A stretch of 64,000 nucleotides of DNA from assembly GCF_006345805.1 (NCBI RefSeq), contig NW_021833037.1, forward strand, positions 24,168 to 88,167, written 5' to 3'. Positions 1-12,011 of the stretch are shown one piece after another (the stretch's first letter is position 1; each line of letters starts with the position of its first letter). The notes under the pieces were generated by a model, which did no database searches, was not told the DNA's origin, and saw nothing but the letters and a program-made list of their open reading frames with translations. The DNA is from Octopus sinensis. Lineage: Eukaryota. Made by a program: the position numbers and the translations under genes.

Positions 1-215
1 AACGAAGAAAGACACAACGGAAGAGGAGGAGGTACAGAAAGAATGGGAAGAAGGCAGAAGAAGGAGGGAGAGAAGAAGGAAGAAAAATAAATAGTGCTGA
101 ACCCCAATCCACCCCAACACAACCCGCACCCTCTGAGACCCACCCTTCTCCTGCAGACAGTGAACCCACCCGCTCCCCAACAACAAGAAAACAAAAAAAA
201 AGAAGAAGCAAATAG

Positions 216-512
216 ACAAGATACCGCAAAAAAACCTGGGCCCAAATTTCTAGGTATTTCGACGTAAAAGAAATATTGAAAGACTATCACTGGTGTGACA
301 AGGACAGTGATAGGTACGCTGTAATCTCGGAAGAACGTATAGAAGAATTCGTGGAAAAATGTAAAAAGAAAAACTATAAATTGTTTAGATTTGAAATAGA
401 TGACGAGATAATAACGGAAATGGAAAAGAGATTTGCGATGAAAATAGAGCACGATGTGTATTACATTCAGGATAAAGGACAGGTAAGTGATGCTAGCGGA
501 TGGGGCCGTTAG
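216..512 (+). other. Orphan ORF remnant, probably the end of a repeat-borne ORF, lying upstream of a hammerhead ribozyme
   Basis: Stop-to-stop frame TRYRKKTWAQISRYFDVKEILKDYHWCDKDSDRYAVISEERIEEF...GWGR* has normal protein-like composition; no domain recognised. Confidence 0.35.
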
Positions 513-652
513 CATCACTTTCATTTTTCATTTATCATTTTCATATTCCATTTTCCATATTTATGTAATTGTGATGTTTCATGTTCTCAATGTTTGTATT
601 GTCTCCTCTGTGTAGCCCTTTATGAGTAATGAAGAAACGATGTGTTGTGTGT

Positions 653-747
653 AAAATACATCCTGACGAGGGGAGTGTCAATTTTAAATATATGATATGT
701 TTCATATTAATTGGTGCATCTCCGAAACGGCCCGTAGATGAACTTTT
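653..747 (+). ncRNA. Type I hammerhead ribozyme (Penelope-associated type)
   Basis: Stem I CATC(659-662)/GATG(737-740); core CTGACGA 663-669; long stem II 670-723; GAAA 724-727; stem III ACG-gcc-CGT; GTA cleavage triplet ending at 736. Confidence 0.8.
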
Positions 748-873
748 ATGCATTTTTGTAAATTTGTCTATTTATCTTCTATGTATTTTTCTCTGGAATT
801 TTAATTCGTCTTTTTTAATATGTCATTGTATATTTTATTACCCCAAATTTTTAATTTCACAAATTTATACCAA

Positions 874-914
874 ACTAGCACTATGACCAGGCGTTGCCGG
901 GTCATAATGCTAGT
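874..914. repeat. 41-bp near-perfect palindrome that reads as a Helitron-type 3' end on both strands
   Basis: ACTAGCACTATGACCAGGC-GTT-GCCGGGTCATAATGCTAGT: 19-position stem with 2 mismatches; CTAGT at both ends. Confidence 0.6.
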
Positions 915-999
915 GTATATATATATGTATATATATATGTATGTATGTATGTAATTATATATGTATTTATGTATATATGTAATATATATACAATATGTT

Positions 1000-1038
<39 letters not shown>

Positions 1039-1078
1039 GTATGTTGTATGTATGTATGAATGAATGAATGAATGAATG
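915..1078. repeat. (TA)n/(TATG)n/(TGAA)n compound microsatellite
   Basis: Direct reading of the sequence. Confidence 0.95.
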
Positions 1079-1268
1079 AGCAGTAGTTTGGTACTTACTT
1101 AATCCATCAGTATTTTTACATCACTTAAAGCCAAACTTGGACTCAACCACTCAATAAAGGTTAAAAGAAATTATTGGGATAACATAACAGCTAAAGGTGG
1201 AGCCTCAGTATCGTCCAAATAGACTGTGGCTAAAAGTCCAACAAAACATGAAAGAGCTTTGCACTTAC

Positions 1269-1496
1269 CTCTGTTTAATTCAGTGTAAATGTTGCCTGTC
1301 CCAAGCTTCAAAACAATATCAGAATGCTTTTTATTTGACAAATAGCATCTTCGATTACCGACTTCGAAGTCAGTCGACTGACAATATGAGTGTGTTTCAC
1401 AATGATATAAACACGTCGTATAATTAATATGATTGTATCCAATAACATTGTTACTAGGGAGATAAACCCTGTTAACAATATCCAAGGGGCATTTTC
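1269..1496 (-). CDS. PAN/Apple-domain exon B' (internal, phase 1-1, 228 nt)
   Basis: Acceptor ttttctcttttcag|, donor |gtaagt; KCPLDIVNRVYLPSNNVIGYNHINYTTCLYHCETHSYCQSTDFEVGNRRCYLSNKKHSDIVLKLGTGNIYTELNR has the PAN core C-x3-C-x5-C-x-S...C-x-L; paralog at 40672-40902. Confidence 0.8.
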
Positions 1497-1649
1497 CTGA
1501 AAAGAGAAAATGGATAAATGAATTTTTTTCTTCTTTTCATTTTCGTAAACATGAGGGGAGACGCGGTTATAGTGAAGTGTTTTATTATTTCGGATTAATG
1601 AAAATTTAGTACTATATTAATTACTTTCGGTTAATGAAAAATATTTAGC

Positions 1650-2675
1650 GAAGAAGAAGAAGAAGAAAAAGGAAAAGGAGGAGGGGAGGGGAAGGGAGGA
1701 TGAGGAGGAGAAGGAGGAGAAAAAGAAGAAGAAGAAAAAGGAGGAGGAGGAGGGGAGAGGTAGAGAAGGAAGTGGAGAAGGAGGAGAAGTAGGAACAGGA
1801 GGAGGAGGATGAGGAGGACGAGGTGGAGGAGGAAGAGCAGGAGGAAGAGCAGGAGGAGGAGCAGGAGGAGGAGAAGTAGAGAACGAGGAGAAGTAGAAGA
1901 AGAAGGAGAAGAAAAGGAAGAAGAAGAAGAAGAAGAAGAAGAAGAAGAAGGAGAAAAAGAAGAAAAAAGGAAAAAAAGAAGAAGAAAAGGAAGAAGAAGA
2001 AGAAGAAGAAGAAGAAAAGGCAGAAGAAGAAAAGGAAGAAGCAGAAGAAAAAAGAAGAAAAGGAAGAAGAAGAAGAAAAGGAAGAAGAAGAAGAAGAAGA
2101 AGAAGAAGAAAAGGAAGAAGAAGACGAAGAAGAAAAATAAGAAGAAGAAGAAAAGAAGAAGAGAAGGAAGAAGAAAAGGAAGAAGAAGAAAAGGAAGAAG
2201 AAGAAGAAGAAGAGGAAGAGAAAAGGCCAAGAAGAAAGAGGAGGAAGAAATGGAAGAAGAAGAAGTAGAAGAAAAAGAAGAATAGAAGAATGGAAGAAGA
2301 GAAGAATAAGAAAAGGAATAAGAAAGAATAAGAAAAGAAGTAGAATAGGAAGAATGGAATAATAAGAAGAAGAAGAATAAGAAGAAGAAGAAATGGAAAA
2401 GAAGAAGAAATAAGAAGAAGAGAAGAATAAGAAAAGGAAGAAGAAGTAGAGGTAGAAAAGGAAGAAGAAGTATAAAGTAGAAAAGGAAGAAGAAGTATAG
2501 AGTAAAAAGGAAGAAGAAATAGAAGTAAAAAGGAAAAGAGAAGAAGAAGAAGAAAGTAAGTAAAGAAGAAGAAGAAGAAAAAATAAGAAGAAAGGAAGAA
2601 GAGGAAGAAGAAGAATAAGAAGAAGAGAAAAGAAGAAGAAAAAGAAGAAGAAGAAGAAGAAGAGAAGAAAGAAGA
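1650..2675. repeat. ~1 kb imperfect (GAA)n/(GGA)n polypurine tract
   Basis: Almost pure A/G on the + strand; the source of the long low-complexity ORFs in the track. Confidence 0.95.
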
Positions 2676-2683
2676 CAGGAAGG

Positions 2684-5110
2684 CACCGGGGATGTTTAAC
2701 ATATGAGAGCGATAAAACACTGCTCTAAAATTTATCCAAAATCATCGGAAATGAAGACATCACATGGAACAAAAAATAGCTGACAAAGTGTTGGACTATA
2801 TCCGAATAAGTAATACTCACTGAAATTTATTTCTATTTTCCAAATGAAATGATGTATTTTAACTGGATATCATCTCCACTGTCGCACAGCACATGTAAAC
2901 ACGCTTGATACATTACGATCCATGAACACCAGACCAACTCCGGCCCCAAACATCATGTACAAAAAAATTACAAATAAATTAAATAATACCGGTCTTATTG
3001 AACCCATGAATAACAATGCGGAAGTACGTACTTTAAACTTGTTACACAAAAAGTACGAAAAACTACACGTGCAAAACTATTTGACATCAGAAATGACCGG
3101 ACCGGTACCCTACGAAAATGATGACCGTCAAAATAAAGCGCCGGACATTGTTTCTCATGTCCCGCAAATAAAACCGAAAGGGCATAAACGGACACGTGAG
3201 GAATATATTTCAATCCTACATGCTTATTTTACAGCAGTCCTCTACTCAAAGAAAGAAAGCAACACAACATATACATATAAAATATGGAAGAAAAATAACC
3301 TAAATAAAGACTTGGATACAGCAATGAACCCTAATAAACTAGTTAACATACGAAGATATATTCTCATACGGAAAAATATATCAGAAATAGAAATAGAACA
3401 CTTGAAAGGAAAATACACCAGGAAAATGTAGATAGTAGCCACATAACAATGCCAAATAGTATAGACACTGAGATAGTAAAACACGAAGACAAACGTAACA
3501 TTTCCAGCAAAAGCGAAGTAAACAAAAAACAACAAACCCGAACCGTAGGGATGTATAATAATGTACAAAAAGTACCAATCCAGAACACCGCAGGCAAACA
3601 TATGAATGAGAAGGAAGGCGAAGCAAATCTAAAGCCGGGAAACAACGAAGGGGAACCTAATGATTATGATACTATAAAGATGAGAATAATCAAAGAACTT
3701 AAAACCACAGATCTCAGAATGCACCACTGACTATACCAAAAATCAAAATAGACAATAACACATCAATAATAAAAGCATAACCCTGGCCGTTACGGAACTA
3801 ATAGCCACAGACAAATGGCAATATCACTGAGCTAAATGACATAATATATGTAGAAGCCACTGCACGCACGAAAGGAGCTGGATGCTCCCTCAAACCCATC
3901 CAAACAGGAGTACGACCACCCAAACAAACCCTGTGGATAAATAATATCCATAAAAAGTATTTGTCGATTGTTAACGAAATTAGTAGACAATCAAAACTAC
4001 TAAGTAACAAGAAGAAAACAAAAATACTGTGCAAATACATTACAGAAGATTTACCTGAGGTAAAAGAAAAGCTAAAGCAAGATATACTTGCAAAAGCACA
4101 AATGATCCACCGGTATGGGAAACGCCAACGTTTCTTTGAACAAAACAAACAGTTCAACTCCAACCCCCAAAAATTCTACCAAGAACTTGTCAAAAATAAA
4201 ACAAGCATCAATGCAGCACCAACAGCAGAAGATGTGGAAGGATTTTGGAAAGAAATATGGTCGGCGAATGAACAACCTCAGAAAAGGACTAATTAAACAA
4301 CGAACATACCACCTGAGCAACTCTGGCCCCCAATAACAATTGAAGAGGTCACCCAGGCACTGCAAAGACTAAGCAACTGGAAGGCACCTGGGCACGACAA
4401 GATCTCCAACTTCTGGTTAAAATATCTTACAGGTACACGCAAAAAGCTGGCTGAAAACTTTAATGACATACTAGCAGAGCCAAGACAATGCCTGAATGGC
4501 TCATGAAATGGAAATATATCCTAATTCTCAAATCTACTGAAACGGCAAACCCACAAAACTACAGACCTATAACCTGTCTCCCTACAATGTACAAAGCCTT
4601 TACTGAAGTAATATCGCAAAGATTGAGCAAACATCTAGAAGAAAACAACCTGTTTCCAGAAGAGTAGAAGGGATGCTGCAAGGGCTCATACAGCTGTAAA
4701 GATCAATTAATAATCAACAAAACCATAACTGAAGACTGCCGCAGAAAGAAGAAAGGCCTCAGTATTGCCTGGATCGACTACCGAAATGCGTTTGATAGTA
4801 TTCCCCACACATGGATCCTCAAAACACTAGCCATGAACAAGGTAGCACCAATAATTATAAAATACATAAGACGCTCTATGAATAAATGGCAGACAGTGCT
4901 ACAGCTCCAAACAAAAGAAGGACTCGTGAAAACTAAAGCCATTCCCATTAGAAGAGGAATATTCCGGAGAGACACGCTTTCCTCACTCCTTTTCTGCTTG
5001 GCACTGACACCTCTATCTGACATGCTAAATAGAACTGGATGCAGATACAAATGTTACGGCAAAACAATCAGCCATCTTTTATATATGGATGACCTAAAAC
5101 TATACGCTAC
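2684..5110 (+). mobile_element. R4/Dong-clade non-LTR retrotransposon, family A, older decayed copy (5' end to RT motif, 3' part missing)
   Basis: 5' end CACCGGGGAtGTTTAA shared with the copy at 44611; Myb-like HKRTREEY; RT segments KAPGHD, YRPITCLPT, WIDYRNAFDS, YMDDLKLY; many stops and frameshifts. Confidence 0.9.
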
Positions 5111-5132
5111 AATGTGGAGGCTTGTGGCTAGT

Positions 5133-5435
5133 GGAGGCGCGTGGCTTAGTGGTTAGGGTGTCAGCATCATGATCGTAAGGTTGTGGTTTCGATTCCTTGA
5201 CCGGGCGAAACGTTGTGTTCTTGAGCAAAACACTTCATTTCACGTTGCTCCAGTCTACTCAGCTGGCACAAATGAGTAACGCTGCGATGGACTGGCGTCC
5301 CATGCAGCTGGGGAACACATACGCCATGGAAACCGGGAAACCGGGCCCATGAGTCTGGCTAGGCTTTAAAAGGGTGCATTTATTATTGTGGAAGCACATG
5401 GCCAAGTGGTTAGGGCAGCGGACTCGCGGTCGAGG
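5133..5435 (+). mobile_element. tRNA-derived SINE followed by a second SINE head (5388-5435)
   Basis: A box TGGCTTAGTGG, B box GGTTTCGATTCC, body GTGTTCTTGAGCAAAACACTT shared with the SINE at 23843-24178; second head related to 57175. Confidence 0.8.
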
Positions 5436-5439
5436 GAGC

Positions 5440-7528
5440 AATTATCATTATGGACTCTGCTGATAAACGGATCTGTCTCACATACGACAGCAGCTTTTCG
5501 ACATAATTCCACAAGTCAGCAATGCCCGGAAATTGAACCAGTTCATGCAGAACGGTTTCGTCGCACTGTAGGCACCTCGGACAAGCCCATCTGACAGTAC
5601 AACCATGTTTGTAGAGTTTATTTTGACGAGTAGCGCCCTCCGCTAGCACTGCCAGGACAAAAGATATCTGGATATTATCAATAGTAGCCCCCGATCGAAA
5701 AGTCCTCCGCAATAGACTAGCTATTTCGTTTTAGTTGACGCCCAGGTTCTCCCCGAGGACATCATCGCACTTCCCCACTACTAATTCTCTGTAAATAGCT
5801 AAAGTGGCCCATCCACATGTCCTATTGCCCAACTGGTACAGGACAGTGAGCGCCTGACAATATTTTAAGTACCAGGTGCCCAGTCTCGGCCTATCCTTTA
5901 CCCAGAACTGCAGCTCTGTTTGGAGACGAATCCACATAGGGTAACCTTCGCTGCAGGTGGCACAACCTGGGTGCGTGTCTGCTCATTAAAAACTATGGCA
6001 TGCCTATGCCGCCACGCAAAGGAAGTTGGCGGCAGACCGACCGCCTGACCATTGGAACGCGTCCTTTCTACATGAAAAGAAACAGGATACACTCCAGTCT
6101 AATCAAGCGGTAACTGGGATAAGGCATGTCGGTCAGACTATAAATAATAACAGAGTAATGTAGGCATGTGCCACCTTTGCCCGACCTTTCAGGGACAACT
6201 TCCTCTCTCCCCATTTCTTGGTAAGACAGCCGCCCCTCTCTTCCTCACCTCTTTCCAATTCTTATCCACGTGGAGGTTGGGACCAAATCAGACCCCGGGC
6301 GGTTTAACAGGTCCATCAGTCAAACGTCCGACGACGCCGTCCGAGAGCATCGATCTGCTTCTCCAGATGCCCAGTCGCAAGTCCACCGACTCCTCGGCAT
6401 TGATTTTAGCCCCAGCAACCGATTCATATTCCTTTACAATGGAGCCGACCGTCTCCCCTGCAGAGGCACTCGACACTGCCCTCCCGAGTCCAATTTCGAA
6501 AGAGAGGCCACTTAACTGTTCCAACTTCCACAGAAGTGGCTCGAGAGCCAGTACGATACTAAACGGTTGCGAAAGGTGACCATTTATTTTGCCCACCGAG
6601 CAAGTGTCACTGTGCATTACAGTAATCCAGCCTCTGAGAACGGGTTCGAAACCGGCTGCTTTCAGGACGGCTTCAAAATAGCATTGGTTGATCCTATCGA
6701 AAGCTTTCGATTGATCTAAATTGGTCAGCTTTAGTCCCAGCCGTCTCTACGATGTAGAGTTGTCGTGGATAGACCTGCTCGGAATAGCTCACATTTGTGC
6801 CTCCCCGACCAGACTACCGACGACAAAGGCCAACCTTTTCGCTAACACTTTGGCCAAAATCTTAAACTCTGTGGTTAGCAGAGTTATGGGCTGAAATTCC
6901 CCAACATGTCCCCATTGTCGGTGTCCTTTCTCAGCAGTGTTACTACAACCCGGTTAAGAGCCCTAGGAATTCTCCTGTTCTGCTGTCAGTTGCTGTAGAC
7001 ATCTTCCAAGAGGTTGCGAAACAAATCTGGCATGAATACACAGAATTCGTAGGGCAAACCTTCCAAACCGGAATATGCGACTTATGCAATCGCTCATCGC
7101 CTCCCGTATTTCAGGGTTGTAATCGGCTGTTGCAGAATTTCGCGTCCGTTATCGAGACCCCACCCTACCAAAACAGTCGCGCAAAGTTGCCACATTACGC
7201 CTCTTCTACTCTTCTACTCGGGCGCATCCAAGAGTTATTGTTTCTTCGTGCATTACAGTGCGCTCCCTAGGTTTGACAAATCAAACGTCGTTCTTGAAAA
7301 ATAAGTCAAGAGCCAATCTCGCCGCCAACATGTCGATTGCTCTTCCTAAATGCTTCTTCTAGCTTCCTAACAGGGTCTCCGCCTACTCTAGATTTCCTTA
7401 TCGCTAATTCTCTATTAATGTTTCTATTCTAGAAGCATTTTTCGGAGTCATCCACCGTCAGTTGTTGACGATTGAACCCGTCAACTCCGGACGGACTAAC
7501 TTACTAACACATCTCTGAAAGCTTGGCG
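5440..7528 (-). mobile_element. Tx1/L1-like LINE, decayed and internally deleted
   Basis: Minus-strand ORF2 remnants: NLDQSKAFDRI, SAYADD-like RT motif, C-terminal CPRC...ETVLH zinc motif; 5' segment homologous to 51820-52050. Confidence 0.8.
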
Positions 7529-7533
7529 CACAG

Positions 7534-9970
7534 GGAACTACAAAATAATAAACGTGCTTGATTTTCATCTGAAAAATAAAGCAAGCGAGAGAAAAGAGAT
7601 GGAAGAAGAAGAAGAAGAAGATAGAAAGAAAGAAGAAGAAGAAGAAAGAAAGAAAGGTGATCAGAATTGTGAATATTTTGATTTGATCCAGTTTTAGGAT
7701 TTTCATTCGTTTATGGATGAGTTACCCAATTTGGTTCCAAATTTCTTCATTTTCTACGTGAAAAAAATTAAATCTGTGTTTCACACATTCAGTTAATCTT
7801 CTGTAATTATTTTACGTAATTTAAGTAAAACTGGTATCATATCCTCATATAGTGTAAGATATCTTTTCGTCTCCCTCACAGACTAATGTCATCTACACAC
7901 AATTTAGATATTACACCCCAGACATGCATTATTTTCATCATCAAAGATATTGAGAATATTCACTGACAGTCACGTGACAAAAACCTAAACACACAACCTT
8001 TTGACAAAACGTTGCCTTTTCTCTTTTCTCCTTGGTAATCTTGTGTCTCAATCCCAAAATCTATGCTAAGCGCATCAATCAAACCTTTATTAGAACTTTC
8101 ACTCTCTGAAACGAAAACTCTACAAACAATTTTTTATCCACAGACACCATTCTACATTGACCAGAGAAATCGTAGAGACTTTTCAAATGCCGACAGTATT
8201 GTCTCTCTTTGGACTAAAACACAGAATACAAGTCAAGGAATAAAATAAACCCAGAAGATTCAAATTTGTTTACCGTCTCTATACTTGGTCGGCACAGTTC
8301 TTCTCAACTGATAAAAATAGGCATTATTTTCCATTGTTAGAATTTTCTCTGTTGAGTCATCTTCGTATAAAATACATCTTGGGCTTATCGTTCTGCTCAC
8401 GAAGGATTTACATGCAGAAGTTTCAAAACAATTCTTCGAACAGTTGAAGTCATCCACATCAAGTGTCGTCAATGTTTTAGCATCTTTCAGATCACAGTGT
8501 TGTACTTTTATAAAATACGTCAGATATTCAACTGTAACAAAAGCCAGGCAAATTAAACAACCCAAATAGGAAGACGTAAATAAAATATTGTGAAAATATA
8601 TAATATAAAGAAAGAGAATATTAAATGTTTGACGATCAACATCGGTATGTTTACTAGGAAGAAGTGATAAAGTTGTTACTACCATAGTGTAGGTACAAGG
8701 CATCTTGGAATATATTATCTGTTTAATAAATATGAGTTTTTAAAGTTGTTTAATTCTCATATTTAAATGACTCATATGTTATGTTCTATAATGTTCAGCG
8801 GTTGTGCATTGTAAAGTTTGCCCCAGTATCAGCACTTTGTCAAATTTAACAAAATGCTTAGAAACTGACGAAACACTGACGAAATGAAAATTATGTTCAG
8901 AATTGAATTCGTCATTATTCGGCGGTTTTATCTTGAACTTAGAATTTTAAATTTTCTTTTCAACTAATTTACTCTGAGAAGGAAAATATTTTCCTATACT
9001 GAACTTATAAATTACAATTTTGCGCTGTGATTTTTATAATGTTTATAGATATAGGTCTATATATTGATATAAATCTACTCACGTCCATTTCCAAATGTCA
9101 ATGAGATGTAGAAGAGAACTGCAACGAAAATTTATTTTGTAAAATATTTTATATTCCATGTCCACGTTTAGCATTAATTTACAAACATTAAAGACGAAAA
9201 GATTAAGAAAGAGAAGTGTTATATGCATAATTCGATAATAAATACGACGATGACCACCACCACATCATCACCATAAAAATATAATGCGAGAGTTGACCAC
9301 ATTCTTACTGCTGATCCATTCCTTGTCAAACCCAATTATGTTCTTAGAAGGAATCTATGTCCACTGGATCATGTACCATCATTTGGAGACAAGAACGGTT
9401 AGGAGGGATAAAACATCAAAGACGATACATAATAACCACCTGACCACAATCGGGGAAATGACAGACAAAGATATCAAAAAGAATCGTACAAGGATAAATT
9501 TATCAAAGAATGAAACAATAATATTTGTACTCAGATTGATATCGCAATTACTTTTTGCAAAAACATTTCCTGGTGAGAGATGTGGAAACTGTCAATATTC
9601 ACGATCCATGAATTTAAAATGAACAAGAATCAGGTATGAATTTGAAAACGATATGACTGAAGTACAAGTAAAAGCCATATCAACGATATTCTCAGTTCAA
9701 AAGATGATCCAGTTAAACCTGGCCCACGTGGTACGCAAGACACTTTCAATTTAGCCGTACATCTCAAATAGTTCCCTATATAATCACCGACCAATAAAAT
9801 ATTTACATTTTACACAACACATACTGTAAAGAATCACAGCGAAACAATGTACACAACACATTCTCCAGACATTAACTGATCCAATAAAATATTCATATAC
9901 ATATAAGAAATTAAAATTAAATGCAAACCTCTCAAATGAAATGCATCCAAAGATATTTTTATTCATGCAT
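7534..9970. repeat. Segmental duplication, copy 1 (partner 53492-55960)
   Basis: Collinear, near-identical non-simple sequence including PAN exon A; 3 differences in 173 intronic nt checked. Confidence 0.95.
8274..8531 (-). CDS. PAN/Apple-domain exon A' (internal, phase 1-1, 258 nt)
   Basis: Acceptor cttttgttacag|, donor |gtaaac; EYLTYFIKVQHCDLKDAKTLTTLDVDDFNCSKNCFETSACKSFVSRTISPRCILYEDDSTEKILTMENNAYFYQLRRTVPTKYRD has the PAN core C-x3-C-x5-C-x-SF...C-x-L...YFY. Confidence 0.8.
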
Positions 9971-10005
9971 AATATATATATATATATACATATCATATAT
10001 ATCTA

Positions 10006-10053
<48 letters not shown>

Positions 10054-10093
10054 TGCATGTATATATATATATATACGTATATATATGTTGTAT

Positions 10094-10124
<31 letters not shown>

Positions 10125-10221
10125 TACATATGCACATGTATATATATACATACATACATATATATATTTTTTCTAGTTTCAGCTCAGAGCTGCGGCCATG
10201 CTGATGCACCGCCGTTTTGTG

Positions 10222-10285
<64 letters not shown>

Positions 10286-10400
10286 CATATATATATGTGT
10301 GTTTGTGTGTGTGTGTATGTGTGTGTATGTGTATGTATGTATATATGTATGTATGTATGTATGTATGCATGTATGTGTTTGTATATGTATATATATGTAT

Positions 10401-10495
<95 letters not shown>
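9970..10495. repeat. (TA)n/(TG)n/(TATG)n microsatellite cluster
   Basis: Direct reading of the sequence. Confidence 0.95.
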
Positions 10496-10497
<2 letters not shown>

Positions 10498-10669
10498 AAG
10501 AAAAAGTCAGAATTTTGGAAAAAAAATTCTTTTATTTCGTTCCTCTCTCTCTCGAACTTGTCAAATACAATTTTGTGAATGTCCAAACAGCTTGTTCATT
10601 TATATAAAACAGATATTTTGGGGGTTTTGTTTAGAAGAGAATAGTGTTTTTGTTTTTTGGGGGGGATAG

Positions 10670-11753
10670 GTGAGGTTCTTTGATGATTGCTTCCTCTTCT
10701 GGGACAAATCGAATGAAGATCTGACTATATTTAACTATATACTGAACACACTTCACCCATCCATCAAATTCACGACAGAATCCAGTTGCAATGAACTACC
10801 ATTCCTGGATATCCACATAAAAATACAGAACTTCACAGTCACAGCAGATATATATTTTAGAAAAAATCTGACACACACCAATATTTAATTTCTACTCTTG
10901 CCATCCTTCGCACATCAAAAGGAACATCCCATAGAGCATGGCATCCCATAGAGCATCTGTGCTATAGTATCTGGCCCCAAAATACGTGAAATCCGACTCA
11001 ACGAACTCAAAATCTTCCTCACAATGCATAAATACCTCTTAGGATTATTAATGAGGCAATTAAAAAGGCGATGAAACTGAACATCACCCAACTACGGAAA
11101 CCTAAGGAAAAAGTTAATGAAAACACGATTCCGTTCATTAACACTCACATTCCTGGAATAACTAACATCTTTTACACCATAAAATCGAACTTACCTATAC
11201 TCCTACAAAGCCCCAAAATGAAAACTCTGATTGAAAAAACACCTTACGGAATAGCAGACGCCAACCAAAAAATCTTAAAACACACCTCACAAGGGCAAAA
11301 TTCAAATCAGAGAATGAATCAGAATTCTTAGTAAAAGAATGTGGAGATAGGAGATGTGGAGATAGGAGATGTGGAACATGCAACAACATCAACAACTTCT
11401 AATACTTGGAAGGTGGTTCCCACATAAAATTCGAGAGTGGATTTCTTTTCAAAATAAATGCAGATATGAACTGCAAAGCACAAAACTTCATATACTGCAT
11501 AACCTGTTCAAACTGCAAGGAAAATTACATTGGCGAAACAAATAATTTCCTCTGCCAACGTGCAAGAATCCACAGGCAACATATCCGACAAGAGGAATTA
11601 CGCAAGATTCCATTGAGTAAGCATCTGGAAATATGCGGCGACGGAAAATTCAAAATTTTTCCCTTTTACAAATGTTCACGGAACGATCCGCAATACCGAA
11701 AAGCAATGGAAGTACATTTCATCAAAACATTCTCTCCAAAGTTGAATGTTTGA
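10670..11753 (+). mobile_element. Penelope-like retroelement, 5'-truncated (RT C-terminus, thumb, GIY-YIG endonuclease)
   Basis: RFFDDCF, LPFLDI, then CKAQNFIYCITCSNCKENYIGET...R..H (GIY-YIG) ending FIKTFSPKLNV*; same clade as 61549-63879. Confidence 0.9.
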
Positions 11754-12011
11754 AAGAAAAGCAGAGACAGTAGGTTTCGTAAATGTTTTACTAATATTCT
11801 CTAACGCAAAATTATGAGGCATGATTGGAGTTACACAGGATAAACATGGACATGTTCCCAAACATACGCACACACACTCACACACGCACACAGAAACATG
11901 CACACACACACGCACGTACACACACACACACTTCATCAAGGAATCATATCTATGTGTAGCATTGGGATGTTCTAGCTTTACGTATATATAAGTATGTGTG
12001 TATGTGTGTAT

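Noticed and set aside
1617-2720. Long ORFs (367, 351, 158 aa) and similar YI/CV/MYVC/HT ORFs throughout the window
   Set aside because: They are translations of microsatellites, which lack stops in some frames.
5133-5200. tRNA genes at SINE heads (also 24110-24178, 29847-29915, 57175-57245)
   Set aside because: They have A/B boxes but no complete cloverleaf, and most continue into SINE bodies.
7830-8212. Possible next exon after A/A' (Cys-containing frames; lectin-like or MULE-like fragments)
   Set aside because: No single frame with splice sites is conserved in both duplicates; the TAG acceptor in copy 1 is absent in copy 2.
9284-9900. ORFs upstream of exon A' in the duplicated block
   Set aside because: The frames are broken by indels in the near-identical copy 2 and no domain is recognisable.
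11760-11945. Minus-strand TTGATGAAG...CGAAAC after the Penelope ORF as a hammerhead
   Set aside because: C3 is missing, stem I does not pair and stem II is a microsatellite.
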